Assembly: GCA_030650795.1 (NCBI GenBank)
Contig: JAUSDJ010000017.1
Span: forward strand, 388,077-452,076
From: Actinomycetota bacterium
GTDB taxonomy: Bacteria > Actinomycetota > Actinomycetes > S36-B12
DNA length: 64,000 nucleotides
Direction: 5' to 3'
This document shows positions 1 to 8,384 of this stretch, one piece after another. How positions within the stretch are numbered: position 1 is the stretch's first letter; each line of letters starts with the position of its first letter. Made by a program: the position numbers and the translations under genes. The notes beneath the pieces were generated by a model. The model saw only the letters and a program-made list of their open reading frames with translations. It was not told the DNA's origin and ran no database searches.

Positions 1-338
1 TCACGGAAGAGGTGTGGAGTTGGTGGCAGGAAGGATCTGTCCATCGATCAACATGGCCTGATGCTGATGATCTGACCGCACTGGCGCGAGGGGCAGACCC
101 CGCGCTCATCAGCGAGATTGCCAATGCGCTATCGCAAGTGCGCAAGGCCAAGTCAGAGGCGAAGGTCAGCATGCGTGCTGTTGTGGAATCGGCGAACATC
201 GCAGCGACGGAAACACAATTGGCTCGTCTGCAGGGTGCCATTGCCGACTTCAAGGCCGCCGGGTCAATCGGCGAGCTCACTTTCAGCCCTGGCGAGAACA
301 TCGAGGTGGCTGTGGTGCTTGCACCGATCAGCGTCTGA
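1..338 (+). CDS. valS: Valyl-tRNA synthetase, C-terminal end (partial; runs off the 5' edge)
   Basis: Frame is open from the window edge to the stop at 336-338. The tail (WSWWQEGSVH..WP, then a helical region) resembles the C-terminal part of actinobacterial ValS. valS lies upstream of clpX in mycobacterial synteny (from memory). Confidence 0.55.
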   Translation, partial: TEEVWSWWQEGSVHRSTWPDADDLTALARGADPALISEIANALSQVRKAKSEAKVSMRAVVESANIAATETQLARLQGAIADFKAAGSIGELTFSPGENIEVAVVLAPISV

Positions 339-463
339 ACTGCGACACAGCGACGACACTAGCGCTGGCAATTGAGCTATACGCTCAAGAAGGCCGTTGA
401 AACCACAGCGGCTCGGGTATTCACGCGCATCGGCACGCACATCTTTCGTGACAGGAGTCAGAC

Positions 464-616
464 ATGTCTCTATGGATTGTTCTTCTCATCGCAGCAGTGA
501 TCATCGCGATTCTTGGCTTCGCAACAGTTGCGAAATGGCTGTTCATTCTCGCCCTCATCGTGCTCGTCATCGGGCTCGTCGGCTTCGTCATGGGCAGGAG
601 TCGTTCGCGACTTTGA
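464..616 (+). CDS. Small hydrophobic membrane protein (50 aa), missing from the ORF track because it is under 60 aa
   Basis: ATG at 464 is preceded by AGGAG at 453-457. Translation is MSLWIVLLIAAVIIAILGFATVAKWLFILALIVLVIGLVGFVMGRSRSRL, which gives two predicted TM helices and a basic tail. Confidence 0.45.
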   Translation: MSLWIVLLIAAVIIAILGFATVAKWLFILALIVLVIGLVGFVMGRSRSRL

Positions 617-742
617 TTGCGACAGTAATGGGAGCTTTTGCCTATCGAATCGACATAGATGCGTCCTTAGGCTGCAAAGAGATCGCACTGAATTCACACG
701 TCGATCAGAACTCATACGTCTCGCGATTAAGGGAGCAAAGAT

Positions 743-1042
743 ATGACCACATCTCGTGTAAAGAAGATTGCCGTACTAGCGGCATTTGCAGCTATCCCAG
801 CCTTCGGACTCATTGGAACTTCTCCTGCCAGTGCTGTTCCGAATGCTGTTCTGCAACAAGTTGGCGTGCCGTCCGTGGGAGGCTGCGACGCCATATTCAA
901 TCCGGCTCTCAACTTGGCCAACGTCGCTTTCGGCGGTTGGGGACTCAGTTGGGCCCAATGGATCAACAACGGTACCGGCGGTCAGGTTTGCAGCCGACTG
1001 CTCGTATTCGATGCTTCAGCCGTTGACTGGTATTCACTGTAA
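743..1042 (+). CDS. Small secreted protein of unknown function (99 aa)
   Basis: GGGAG RBS lies 8 nt upstream. N-terminal signal peptide (KKIAVLAAFAAIPAFGLIGTSPASA|VP) and two Cys residues. Confidence 0.6.
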   Translation: MTTSRVKKIAVLAAFAAIPAFGLIGTSPASAVPNAVLQQVGVPSVGGCDAIFNPALNLANVAFGGWGLSWAQWINNGTGGQVCSRLLVFDASAVDWYSL

Positions 1043-1212
1043 ATACCGCTTGAGTGCCAGTGGTGTTGGCAATTGTGACCCAACTGCCAACATCACAGGC
1101 ATATCTGGCCCAAGGTGGCAGCGACGCAAATGAGATGAAGTTGGGGCTTCCCCCTGACCCGCCTGCGGCGAGATAGGCGCAACGATGGAAGTAACAGCAA
1201 GACGTCTGCTTC

Positions 1213-1722
1213 ATGAACGTCAGGCGAGACTGCGTTAGCGATTTCTGGGGAAGTGATGACTTGGATACCGATCTGGATCCGTTGGCAGTCTGGCAACAGG
1301 AAGTCGACGAACTCAAGTTCACAGTCGATCTGCCTCTGATTGCTGAACCTGGTGCGATTCGAGCGGTGAGCGCTCGTATTGCCAAGTACATGGCACATCT
1401 TGCGGAGTATCGCGGGATGGTCCAGTCAATTTCAGGAGTGGCGGAGATCGAAGACAGCCACCAACTCCGAGATGCGATTGCGGCAATCGGCCATGAACTG
1501 CAGACTTCGCCTTCTCAACGAGTCGATCTGAAGATTCGCATGGACACTTTGTGCAGCTTGGTTCGCTTGGAGTTGGAGCGGGAGCACGAGTTCATCGAGA
1601 TGCTGTCCACTCACCTCGATGCACCACAGATCAATGCCTTCAGCTCCGAACTTCAACATGCTCTGGCTTCCCAGGATCACTCGCCACAGACCGTGATAGA
1701 GAAAGGCGCGCAACATGACTAG
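1213..1722 (+). CDS. Hypothetical acidic, helical protein (169 aa)
   Basis: Longest sense ORF in this region. Its stop overlaps the next ORF's start by 8 nt. No motif recognised. Confidence 0.45.
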   Translation: MNVRRDCVSDFWGSDDLDTDLDPLAVWQQEVDELKFTVDLPLIAEPGAIRAVSARIAKYMAHLAEYRGMVQSISGVAEIEDSHQLRDAIAAIGHELQTSPSQRVDLKIRMDTLCSLVRLELEREHEFIEMLSTHLDAPQINAFSSELQHALASQDHSPQTVIEKGAQHD

Positions 1723-1915
1723 CACCGCCGACAGCGCCAATGAGATCGATTCTGAGCACGTGGTCGGAAAAGTCCTGGCTGCCGAACCCCCGATTCTGGT
1801 AAGCGCGCTGCTGCTGGCTGTCGGGATCGGATTGGCAGTTATTGCTATGGCGCACATGCGACACAAGCCGCATTCCACGATCCTTCAACGCTTGAGGTTG
1901 GCCCGACATGCCTGA
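1715..1915 (+). CDS. Small single-pass membrane protein (66 aa)
   Basis: ATG overlaps the upstream stop. One hydrophobic helix (PPILVSALLLAVGIGLAVIAMA) is followed by basic residues. Confidence 0.4.
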   Translation: MTSTADSANEIDSEHVVGKVLAAEPPILVSALLLAVGIGLAVIAMAHMRHKPHSTILQRLRLARHA

Positions 1916-2045
1916 TAAACCTGCACCAGAGAAGCATCCGCAACCAGATGGTGAGGAAGTCGGAGATGACATTCCCGACTTCGGCGAAGAGCAGCCTGCC
2001 ACGCCACCCAAGATTCCGATTGTGAACAACGACGACACTCAGTGA
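1908..2045 (+). CDS. Possible small Pro/acid-rich protein (45 aa)
   Basis: ATG at 1908 overlaps the previous stop (1913-1915). Translation is MPDKPAPEKHPQPDGEEVGDDIPDFGEEQPATPPKIPIVNNDDTQ. Not in the ORF track. Weak call. Confidence 0.25.
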   Translation: MPDKPAPEKHPQPDGEEVGDDIPDFGEEQPATPPKIPIVNNDDTQ

Positions 2046-2055
2046 CTTGCTGCCT

Positions 2056-2247
2056 TCAATTACCCTGCACGACTTCGCGCACCTTGTCGACGAGCTTTTC
2101 CCCCGCATCCTCAGCACTCTTGAGGGCGTCCTTGGCCTTGCCGGCGGCCTTGTCTGCGCGGCCTTCATTCTTCAGCTGATCATCGTCAGTCAGATCGCCA
2201 ACGGCTTGCTTGACGCGACCCTTTGCTTCATCCGGGTTGATAGCCAT
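2056..2247 (-). CDS. csbD: CsbD-family general stress protein (63 aa)
   Basis: Typical CsbD sequence (GRVKQAVGDLTDDDQLKNEGRADKAAGKAKDAL). AAGGAG RBS upstream. Confidence 0.85.
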   Translation of the reverse strand: MAINPDEAKGRVKQAVGDLTDDDQLKNEGRADKAAGKAKDALKSAEDAGEKLVDKVREVVQGN

Positions 2248-2282
2248 GATGCCTGTCTCCTTCGAAGGAATGTGACTCTTCA

Positions 2283-2307
2283 GTATCCGAGCGCTTGCAC
2301 CTCAAAA
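2283..2307 (-). promoter_or_regulatory. Candidate SigB/SigF-type stress promoter for csbD (GTTT-N16-GGATAC)
   Basis: The minus strand reads GTTTtgaggtgcaagcgctcGGATAC about 35 nt upstream of the csbD RBS. It resembles the GTTT-N15-17-GGGTAT consensus of stress sigma factors. By-eye match only. Confidence 0.3.
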
Positions 2308-2476
2308 CGACCCCCTTCGAGTCGCATGTCTGTCCCACCTTCCCCTTGCGTCGTGACACGGTAACTCCAGTAGGCAATAGTCGAGAACGAGAAGGGCAGC
2401 GCATAAGCGCGTCGTATGAGCGAAGGCATGGGACTAGCGTTGAACACCGCTTCATACATGCGTTGGGAGGACGTTC

Positions 2477-4066
2477 GTGAGCCAGACTTGGCAAAGTCCA
2501 ATTGAGACGGGCAGCGCTGATCCTGCACGCTGGTTCCTTACCGCCGCAGAGCGCGGCAATCCTGACACCAGCCTTGATTCACGACACTCCGATGGCCTGA
2601 GTTGGACAACTGGAAATTTCATCGAGCCGCTCGTGCACGGCAGTCTCTACTTTCGTCAACTCCTGACTGCAGTGGAAGATCTGCGCGCCGGCGATCGGCT
2701 CATGTTCACTGACTGGCGCGGGGATCCGGACCAGCATCTGGATTCGGCCGGCGCAGAAGTAGGGGCAATGTTCGCTGCGGCGGCCGCGAGGGGCGTCGAT
2801 GTTCGTGGCCTGCTGTGGCGTTCGCATACGTTCATGCAATTCGGCGCGCAGAACAACCGTGGGCTTGGCGAGATTTTGGAGGAGGCCGGCGCAAAGGTCC
2901 TGTTGGACATGCGCGTGCCAGCCTTCGGATCCCATCACCAAAAGCTGGTCGTCTTGCGCCACGGGGACCGACCAGAGTTGGACCTTGCATTCGTCGGCGG
3001 CATCGATCTTTGTCATGGTCGACGAGATGACGCAATGCATGCCGGCGATCCACAGGCATTGCTGATGGCCAAGGTCTACGGAGACCAGCCGCCTTGGCAC
3101 GACATTCAAATGGCAATACGCGGGCCTGCCGTAGGTGATGTCGAAACGGTGTTTCGTGAGCGCTGGGAGGATCCCAGTCCACTCGAGCGTCATCCACTTC
3201 ACGTGCTCACTTCTTGGCTGCATCGCGAGAGCAAGACGTCAACCCCGCTGCCGCCCCAGGGCCCGGATCCCGGGCCAAGAGGCGCTGTTGCCTTGCAGAT
3301 GCTTCGCACCTACCCCGTTCGCCATCCCGGCTATCCATTCGCACGAGAAGGCGAACGCAGCATTGCCCGTGGCTACATCAAAGCGCTCTCCAATGCGAGA
3401 GATTTCGTGTACGTCGAGGACCAATACCTGTGGTCGCATGAGGTCGCCTCGGTGTATGCCGACGCCCTGCGACGAGAACCCGAACTGCAGATGGTCTTTG
3501 TCATCCCCGGCTACCCTGAACAAGATGGGCGCCTGTCGATGCCACCCAATCAACTTGGCAGGCAAGGTGCCCTCGAAGTATTGAATGCCGCTGGCGGTGA
3601 TCGCGTTGCGATCTATTTCCTGGAGAATGACAAGGGAACTCCGGTGTATGTGCATGCCAAAGTTGTGCTGATTGATGACGTGTGGGGCTGCATCGGTTCC
3701 GACAACACCAACCGACGTTCGTGGACTAACGACTCCGAGCTCAGCGCTGCATTCATGGATGCATCTGGTGACGGACACGTGAGAGTACTACGGCTGACGC
3801 TTGCATTGGAGCATCTGGGGGCGGGATTCAATGAGGAGGATCTGCAGGATCCCGGAGCCTTCTTCAAGGCATTTCATGACAGTGCAGCAGCCTTGGATGC
3901 CTGGCATCTTGGTGGCAAGCAAGGTCCTCGACCCACAGGACAATTGCGAGAATTCAACCAGGGGCATGTGCGCCGGCGCACGCAGGTCTGGGCAAAGCCG
4001 ATCTATCGCACGGTCTATGACCCCGACGGACGTACTCGTCGCATGCGCCGCAATCGAGAGTTCTGA
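2477..4066 (+). CDS. Phospholipase D family protein (two HKD-type motifs), no signal peptide
   Basis: HHQKLVVL..GGIDL and HAKVVLIDD..GSDNTN motifs, plus WHDIQMAIRGPAVGDVETVFRERW. GGGAGG RBS lies 6 nt before the GTG at 2477. Confidence 0.85.
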   Translation: MSQTWQSPIETGSADPARWFLTAAERGNPDTSLDSRHSDGLSWTTGNFIEPLVHGSLYFRQLLTAVEDLRAGDRLMFTDWRGDPDQHLDSAGAEVGAMFAAAAARGVDVRGLLWRSHTFMQFGAQNNRGLGEILEEAGAKVLLDMRVPAFGSHHQKLVVLRHGDRPELDLAFVGGIDLCHGRRDDAMHAGDPQALLMAKVYGDQPPWHDIQMAIRGPAVGDVETVFRERWEDPSPLERHPLHVLTSWLHRESKTSTPLPPQGPDPGPRGAVALQMLRTYPVRHPGYPFAREGERSIARGYIKALSNARDFVYVEDQYLWSHEVASVYADALRREPELQMVFVIPGYPEQDGRLSMPPNQLGRQGALEVLNAAGGDRVAIYFLENDKGTPVYVHAKVVLIDDVWGCIGSDNTNRRSWTNDSELSAAFMDASGDGHVRVLRLTLALEHLGAGFNEEDLQDPGAFFKAFHDSAAALDAWHLGGKQGPRPTGQLREFNQGHVRRRTQVWAKPIYRTVYDPDGRTRRMRRNREF

Positions 4067-4072
4067 ACTCAG

Positions 4073-4906
4073 CTACTTGACGCTGCCCTTGACGGATGGT
4101 CGAGGGAAGCGTTGTCGCGCAAAGATCAAGGCCGATTCGGCAAGCGCAACCCAGGCAACACCGAAGAGCCAACCACCAAGCACATCACTTGGCCAGTGCA
4201 CGCCAAGCCAGACGCGACTGGATCCGACCAGCACGGCATAGGCAACAGCAGCGCTGCAGGCCAGGACCCTAGTTCGGGAGGTGTTCAGCCGCGGAGCGAT
4301 TGCCCAAAGGCAGGCTCCGGCGAAGATCGTCGCGGAGGTGGTATGGCCCGAGGGAAAGGTCGGGCCGCCAGCGGATCCAAGCCAGTCGGTCGTATCCGGA
4401 CGCTGGCCGCCCATGAGTGCGTTGATCGACAGCCCCACGTACATGCCCACACTTGCAACGCCAGCCAAGAGAACGCCGCTGCCGATGCGAGAACTCAGAC
4501 GCTTGGGGCCCTTGACGGCCAGGGCTCCAATGACGGCCAGGGCCGGGATAGTGACGATCGTTGCCCCACCCCAGGTGACCATGCGGGCGAAGTCAACGTC
4601 GAGGGCTCCGCGATGCGCAACGACCCATCGGTGGATGTCGCCGTCCACGGTGATCGTTGGAAGCGAATGAGCTCCGACTGCGATAGCGAGCACAGTGAAG
4701 AGCGCTCCTGACCCCAGGCCAATCAATAGCAGCGTTTGACTCGATATGCCGATGTTGGGGACGACTTCCGGGAAATCGACGACGACCCCGGAGGACGCGG
4801 GTTGCGATGGAGCAGTGGGATCCAGCCCCGTCGCAACAGCATCGACGAACTTCTCGGCGCCTTGGGTCACCGCGCCCTTGTCTGTGTCATTCGTCGGCTG
4901 GCTCAT
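4073..4906 (-). CDS. PAP2-family phosphatase (membrane)
   Basis: PSGHTTSA ... [19 protein letters not shown]2 motifs and multiple TM helices. I place the start at the internal ATG at 4906, which forms an ATGA overlap with the upstream stop. The ORF-track start at 5113 would overlap the upstream gene. Confidence 0.8.
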   Translation of the reverse strand: MSQPTNDTDKGAVTQGAEKFVDAVATGLDPTAPSQPASSGVVVDFPEVVPNIGISSQTLLLIGLGSGALFTVLAIAVGAHSLPTITVDGDIHRWVVAHRGALDVDFARMVTWGGATIVTIPALAVIGALAVKGPKRLSSRIGSGVLLAGVASVGMYVGLSINALMGGQRPDTTDWLGSAGGPTFPSGHTTSATIFAGACLWAIAPRLNTSRTRVLACSAAVAYAVLVGSSRVWLGVHWPSDVLGGWLFGVAWVALAESALIFARQRFPRPSVKGSVK

Positions 4907-5610
4907 GGAACCGATGTGGCCTGGGATGGTGCATCCTTCGGTACTCGCACTTCCCGAGGAAGCAAGGTCGTGATGGCGATAGTCAGCCAAACCGACCCAC
5001 CGATCGCGCCGAAAAGAACGTCGGTGGGAAAGTGCATTCCGCGATAGATCCGCGAAAATCCGACCATCAGCGGGATCGTCCACAGCACAACCGCGAAGAC
5101 AATCGCCAGCCAACGAGGCCGAAGCTCACGCAGAAGGATGATGGCAATGCACCCGTAGAGGGCAATTGCTGCGCCCATGTGACCCGAAGGAAAACTGGAT
5201 GTGGGCGGCGCGAGATCCAGAGGCTCCACCGGTGGACGATCGCGACCCACGAGAGCGGTCACGATGAGAAAGACCCAAAGCTCACCGACGATGGCCGCCA
5301 GGAGAGTCCATGACTCGCGCCAGCGTCCAAGCCAGATTCGAAAGACGACGATCCCAACGAGCAGGACGGCAATGCACACCTTGGTATCGGCGAGATTCGA
5401 CCAGACCATCGTGAGGCTGTTCCAGGCATCCGTGCGGTGCTCAGCGGCCCAGATATTCACCTTTGCTTCTCGAGCAAAGAAGTCCAAACTCTGAGCAGCC
5501 GACAGCGACCATCCAACAATGCAAATGAGCAGGGCAAGCAGCAGCCCACCACCAACCAGTCGCAATGCAACAGGGCGCCAGTGCAACTTTGGATATTGGG
5601 TCGGTGTCAT
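4903..5610 (-). CDS. PAP2-family phosphatase (membrane), second copy
   Basis: PSGHMGAA ... [17 protein letters not shown] motifs. Start set at the ATG at 5610 (ATGA overlap with the DUF1206 stop). The ORF-track N-terminal extension to 5982 lies inside the upstream gene. Confidence 0.8.
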   Translation of the reverse strand: MTPTQYPKLHWRPVALRLVGGGLLLALLICIVGWSLSAAQSLDFFAREAKVNIWAAEHRTDAWNSLTMVWSNLADTKVCIAVLLVGIVVFRIWLGRWRESWTLLAAIVGELWVFLIVTALVGRDRPPVEPLDLAPPTSSFPSGHMGAAIALYGCIAIILLRELRPRWLAIVFAVVLWTIPLMVGFSRIYRGMHFPTDVLFGAIGGSVWLTIAITTLLPREVRVPKDAPSQATSVP

Positions 5611-6437
5611 GCTGCATCTCCATTCGGCACTCGGCGCCAGGCGGCCTCGGCCAGTCCGTATACGCCGAAGATCAGCAGTCCAGCACCCATCACGAATACC
5701 AGTGCGGGCCCCATGGGCAGGTCGAGTGTGGTCTGCACGACTTCGTTGATGCCGCCGGCTCGCGATGGGTCGTGTGACATTGCACCGAGGATCACCAGAA
5801 CGCCCGCAATCAGGAAGACAGCGCCTCGCGCGATCGTGCCGACCCGCCCAAGGTTGACGACGGCTCTGCGTCTGGCCGGCGGGAGGTAGTCGAAGTACTT
5901 CAGGAACGCAGTGGTGAAGCCCTCGACGATCATGATGAGGCCGGCAATCGCGACGCCCGCTCCCACCAATCCAAGGATCCATTGACCTGCTGGCGCTTCC
6001 AGAGCGGCTTTTGCCAACTTCGCCTGGTCTTTGGCTTGTGGCTGGCGCGCCCCTTGCAACACCAGGAGGGTGCCAATGGCGATGATGGTGTAGGCAATCG
6101 CGCGCAGGAGAGACTTCCCACGGGTCGCAATGCTCGTATCGCCGTCAACGCCGAATGCCGCTTCGCTGAATCGCCACAGCGCATAGGCGACGAAGCCCAG
6201 CAGCATCAGCGCGACAAGCAGAGTGCCCAGGGGTTGGCTCAGGATCTTGGTCAACGCGCCACGTTGATCGACTTTGGCTCCCCCGCCGAGTGCGACGACA
6301 ATGGCCAGCCAGCCCATGACCAGATAGATCAATGCCCGGGCGGTCAGACCCACCCGAGCGATCCAGCCCATGGGGCTGCTGGCTGCGGTGGAGGCAGCAG
6401 CGTCAACGACCCCTGAGTTGCCGGAGGTGGAAGTCAT
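5607..6437 (-). CDS. DUF1206-type membrane protein
   Basis: Repeated ARxxxxxxxxxYLVxGxLA-like TM modules (WIARVGLTARALIYLVMGWLAIV; GTIARGAVFLIAGVLVI). ATGA overlap at both ends. Confidence 0.7.
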   Translation of the reverse strand: MTSTSGNSGVVDAAASTAASSPMGWIARVGLTARALIYLVMGWLAIVVALGGGAKVDQRGALTKILSQPLGTLLVALMLLGFVAYALWRFSEAAFGVDGDTSIATRGKSLLRAIAYTIIAIGTLLVLQGARQPQAKDQAKLAKAALEAPAGQWILGLVGAGVAIAGLIMIVEGFTTAFLKYFDYLPPARRRAVVNLGRVGTIARGAVFLIAGVLVILGAMSHDPSRAGGINEVVQTTLDLPMGPALVFVMGAGLLIFGVYGLAEAAWRRVPNGDAA

Positions 6438-7372
6438 CGGTTCGTCTGCTTCTCGCTCGTCTCAAAGGGAACGCAGATGGTGATGGACTTGGGATGGATC
6501 CTGATGTCCAGTTGCTTGGTTGGCTTGCGAACACTTCCGTCCAGTTCATAGACCACCTTGTGATCAAAGCGAACTTTGAACCTGGTGCCTCGCGTGGTGT
6601 CGATGAAGGGAGAATTCTCAGCGCGACCCACGACGACTCGACTGATGGTACGCAGCCATTGGGTGCGGCTTTTCGCGCTCATCACGCCGATCTCCAGAAT
6701 GCCATCATCTGGACGAGAGCCTTCGAACACCTCAATGCTGCCCATGATCTGACTCAGATTGCCAATCAGAACGCACGTGACCTTGCCCTTGTAGAACTTG
6801 CGACCCTCAACCCAGACCCTGCAGCGAATCGGCGTCGCAGCAAGCTGTCGGGCACCGGTCCACAGATAAGCAGCACGTCCGAACCTGTCCTTCAAGCCTT
6901 TGTCGGCGTCTTCCATAGTCAATGCGTCCATCCCCGCGCCAGCCATGATGGAGAAATGCTCTCCATTGATGGTGCCGGTGTCGATACTTCTGCGATCGCC
7001 ATGCAAGCCGATCTCAACTGCCGCCTTGATGTCCTGGGGGATATTGAGATTGCGGGCCAACAGGTTGCCAGTGCCCGCTGGCAGAATCGCCAGCAGAACA
7101 TCCTCTTTGGCCAGGACGTCCACGCATTTCTGCACTGAGCCATCGCCACCCCAGACGAAAACAATGTCGACACCCGCAGCCATGGCCTTACGGGCCATCG
7201 CCGGCGCGTACTTGCTCTTGGCGACTTCCAGCCACAGCGGCTCAGGAAAGCCAGAGTCGGCAAGAACTTGTCGAAGCTCTGTCAGACCGCCTCCGAGCGT
7301 CTTGCCGCTGTGCGCAATGACGGCGACCTTGGGAAGCTCGCTGGTAGGGGTCTTCGGATTGTGCGAGGACAT
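6434..7372 (-). CDS. Diacylglycerol/lipid kinase family protein (YegS/BmrU/Rv2252-like)
   Basis: VFVWGGDGSV and LPAGTGNLLARNL motifs of the DAGK catalytic domain. Start chosen at the ATG at 7372, which gives a TGATG overlap with the upstream small ORF. The alternative is 7426. Confidence 0.85.
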   Translation of the reverse strand: MSSHNPKTPTSELPKVAVIAHSGKTLGGGLTELRQVLADSGFPEPLWLEVAKSKYAPAMARKAMAAGVDIVFVWGGDGSVQKCVDVLAKEDVLLAILPAGTGNLLARNLNIPQDIKAAVEIGLHGDRRSIDTGTINGEHFSIMAGAGMDALTMEDADKGLKDRFGRAAYLWTGARQLAATPIRCRVWVEGRKFYKGKVTCVLIGNLSQIMGSIEVFEGSRPDDGILEIGVMSAKSRTQWLRTISRVVVGRAENSPFIDTTRGTRFKVRFDHKVVYELDGSVRKPTKQLDIRIHPKSITICVPFETSEKQTNR

Positions 7373-7554
7373 CAGGCGACGTACCTGCTCGTGAGCGTTC
7401 TGTCTCGATACAACTGATTCAGGCAATCGCGGTAGATCCGATGCATCTGCGCGGGATGAGTCTGCTGCACGTGTGAGACGACGCTTGTCACCAGTGCTGC
7501 TTCTGAGTCCGCTGTCATTGAATGGCTACATTCGCACTGCATGTAGAGCGTCAT
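7372..7554 (-). CDS. DUF1059-like small protein (about 60 aa)
   Basis: MQCECSHSMTADSEAALVTSVVSHVQQTHP resembles the DUF1059 pattern (xCxCG...deeL...v..H....HP). AAGGAA lies upstream. First gene of the overlapping lipid operon. Confidence 0.45.
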   Translation of the reverse strand: MTLYMQCECSHSMTADSEAALVTSVVSHVQQTHPAQMHRIYRDCLNQLYRDRTLTSRYVA

Positions 7555-7752
7555 CGGCGTTCCTTTGTTCGATTTGCTAGCAAGTATTCGCCCCTGTCGA
7601 ACCCGTGTCTCCACTGTGAGCATCGCGTTTGTGTCGCAAGACGAACTCAAGGCCGTTGGGGGGGATCTCGATGAATTTCTCGAGCTTGCGACATCGAATC
7701 GAAGGTGGCCATGCTCGCCAAGTCCCGCGAGCGGGCAGCTACGACGATGGAA

Positions 7753-7947
7753 CTAGCCAGTCGGTGGTGACCAGGCCTTGTTCAGTACTCGGTGCACCTT
7801 GCGATCACCTGGATAGGTCTCATCACCGCCGAGAAGATCAAGCATGCTCAACAACAGGTCAGGCAGCTTTTGCAGATTATTCTCGTGGACTTCGCGCAGG
7901 ATTTCGAAGTCTGAGGATGTCATGTCATCCATGCGGTGAAACTGCAT
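7753..7947 (-). CDS. Hypothetical small protein (64 aa), last gene of the pil-associated operon
   Basis: Internal ATG of ORF 7753..8148, starting 19 nt after the upstream stop. No motif recognised. Confidence 0.3.
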   Translation of the reverse strand: MQFHRMDDMTSSDFEILREVHENNLQKLPDLLLSMLDLLGGDETYPGDRKVHRVLNKAWSPPTG

Positions 7948-7966
7948 GTGACCGGCTTCCGTAGAT

Positions 7967-8359
7967 TCAGTCGTCGAGATCGGACAATTCCAGAAGAAGC
8001 CCGATTTGCACGGCACCGGTTGGCTGCTCAGAAACTTGCGCGGATTCCCCTGCAGGGATCTTCTCGGCCCCTGCGCCACCATTCGGCCCAGTGAGTACCT
8101 GGAGTTCAGGGGCAAAAAGCCTGACGAGGTCGACGCCGTCGAGTGCACCTGTCACATCTTTCCCGGCCAACAGCGCTTGCAACTCTGGAGCAATCTCGGG
8201 AAGAGTCGAATCCCCATCGGCAGCTGCGGCAAACCAATGCGGAATCTGCGAACCTGCCATGCGAAACCGGAGTTCAGGGGCAATCTCGGCAATCTCGGCA
8301 AGTGTCAGCGGCTGCTGCAACCCAAACATTGCGAAAGCCGCATCTGAGTACTCGGACAC
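7967..8359 (-). CDS. Hypothetical acidic protein with three (I/F)APEL(R/Q) repeats (130 aa)
   Basis: GTG start with a GGAGGG RBS. Repeats are IAPELRF, IAPELQA and FAPELQV. The DNA shows the matching repeats (gcaatctcg x2, agttcaggggcaa x2). Confidence 0.5.
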   Translation of the reverse strand: MSEYSDAAFAMFGLQQPLTLAEIAEIAPELRFRMAGSQIPHWFAAAADGDSTLPEIAPELQALLAGKDVTGALDGVDLVRLFAPELQVLTGPNGGAGAEKIPAGESAQVSEQPTGAVQIGLLLELSDLDD

Positions 8360-8384
8360 CTATTCCCTCCAGATTCTTATCGTG

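Noticed and set aside
4907-5113. N-terminal extensions in the ORF track: 4073..5113, 4903..5982, 10768..11955, 12683..13528, 20947..22335, 22895..23857, 53941..54741, 54620..56449 and 50387.. .
   Set aside because: Each extension overlaps the preceding gene and has Arg-rich nonsense composition. Internal ATG/GTG codons give ATGA/GTGA-type coupling or good RBS spacing, and they coincide with the point where family homology begins.
7629-7964. Plus-strand ORF 7629..7964 (111 aa), competing with the minus-strand 64-aa ORF.
   Set aside because: It has an Arg/Ser/Cys-rich composition and runs against the direction of all neighbouring genes. The minus-strand reading is itself low-confidence.
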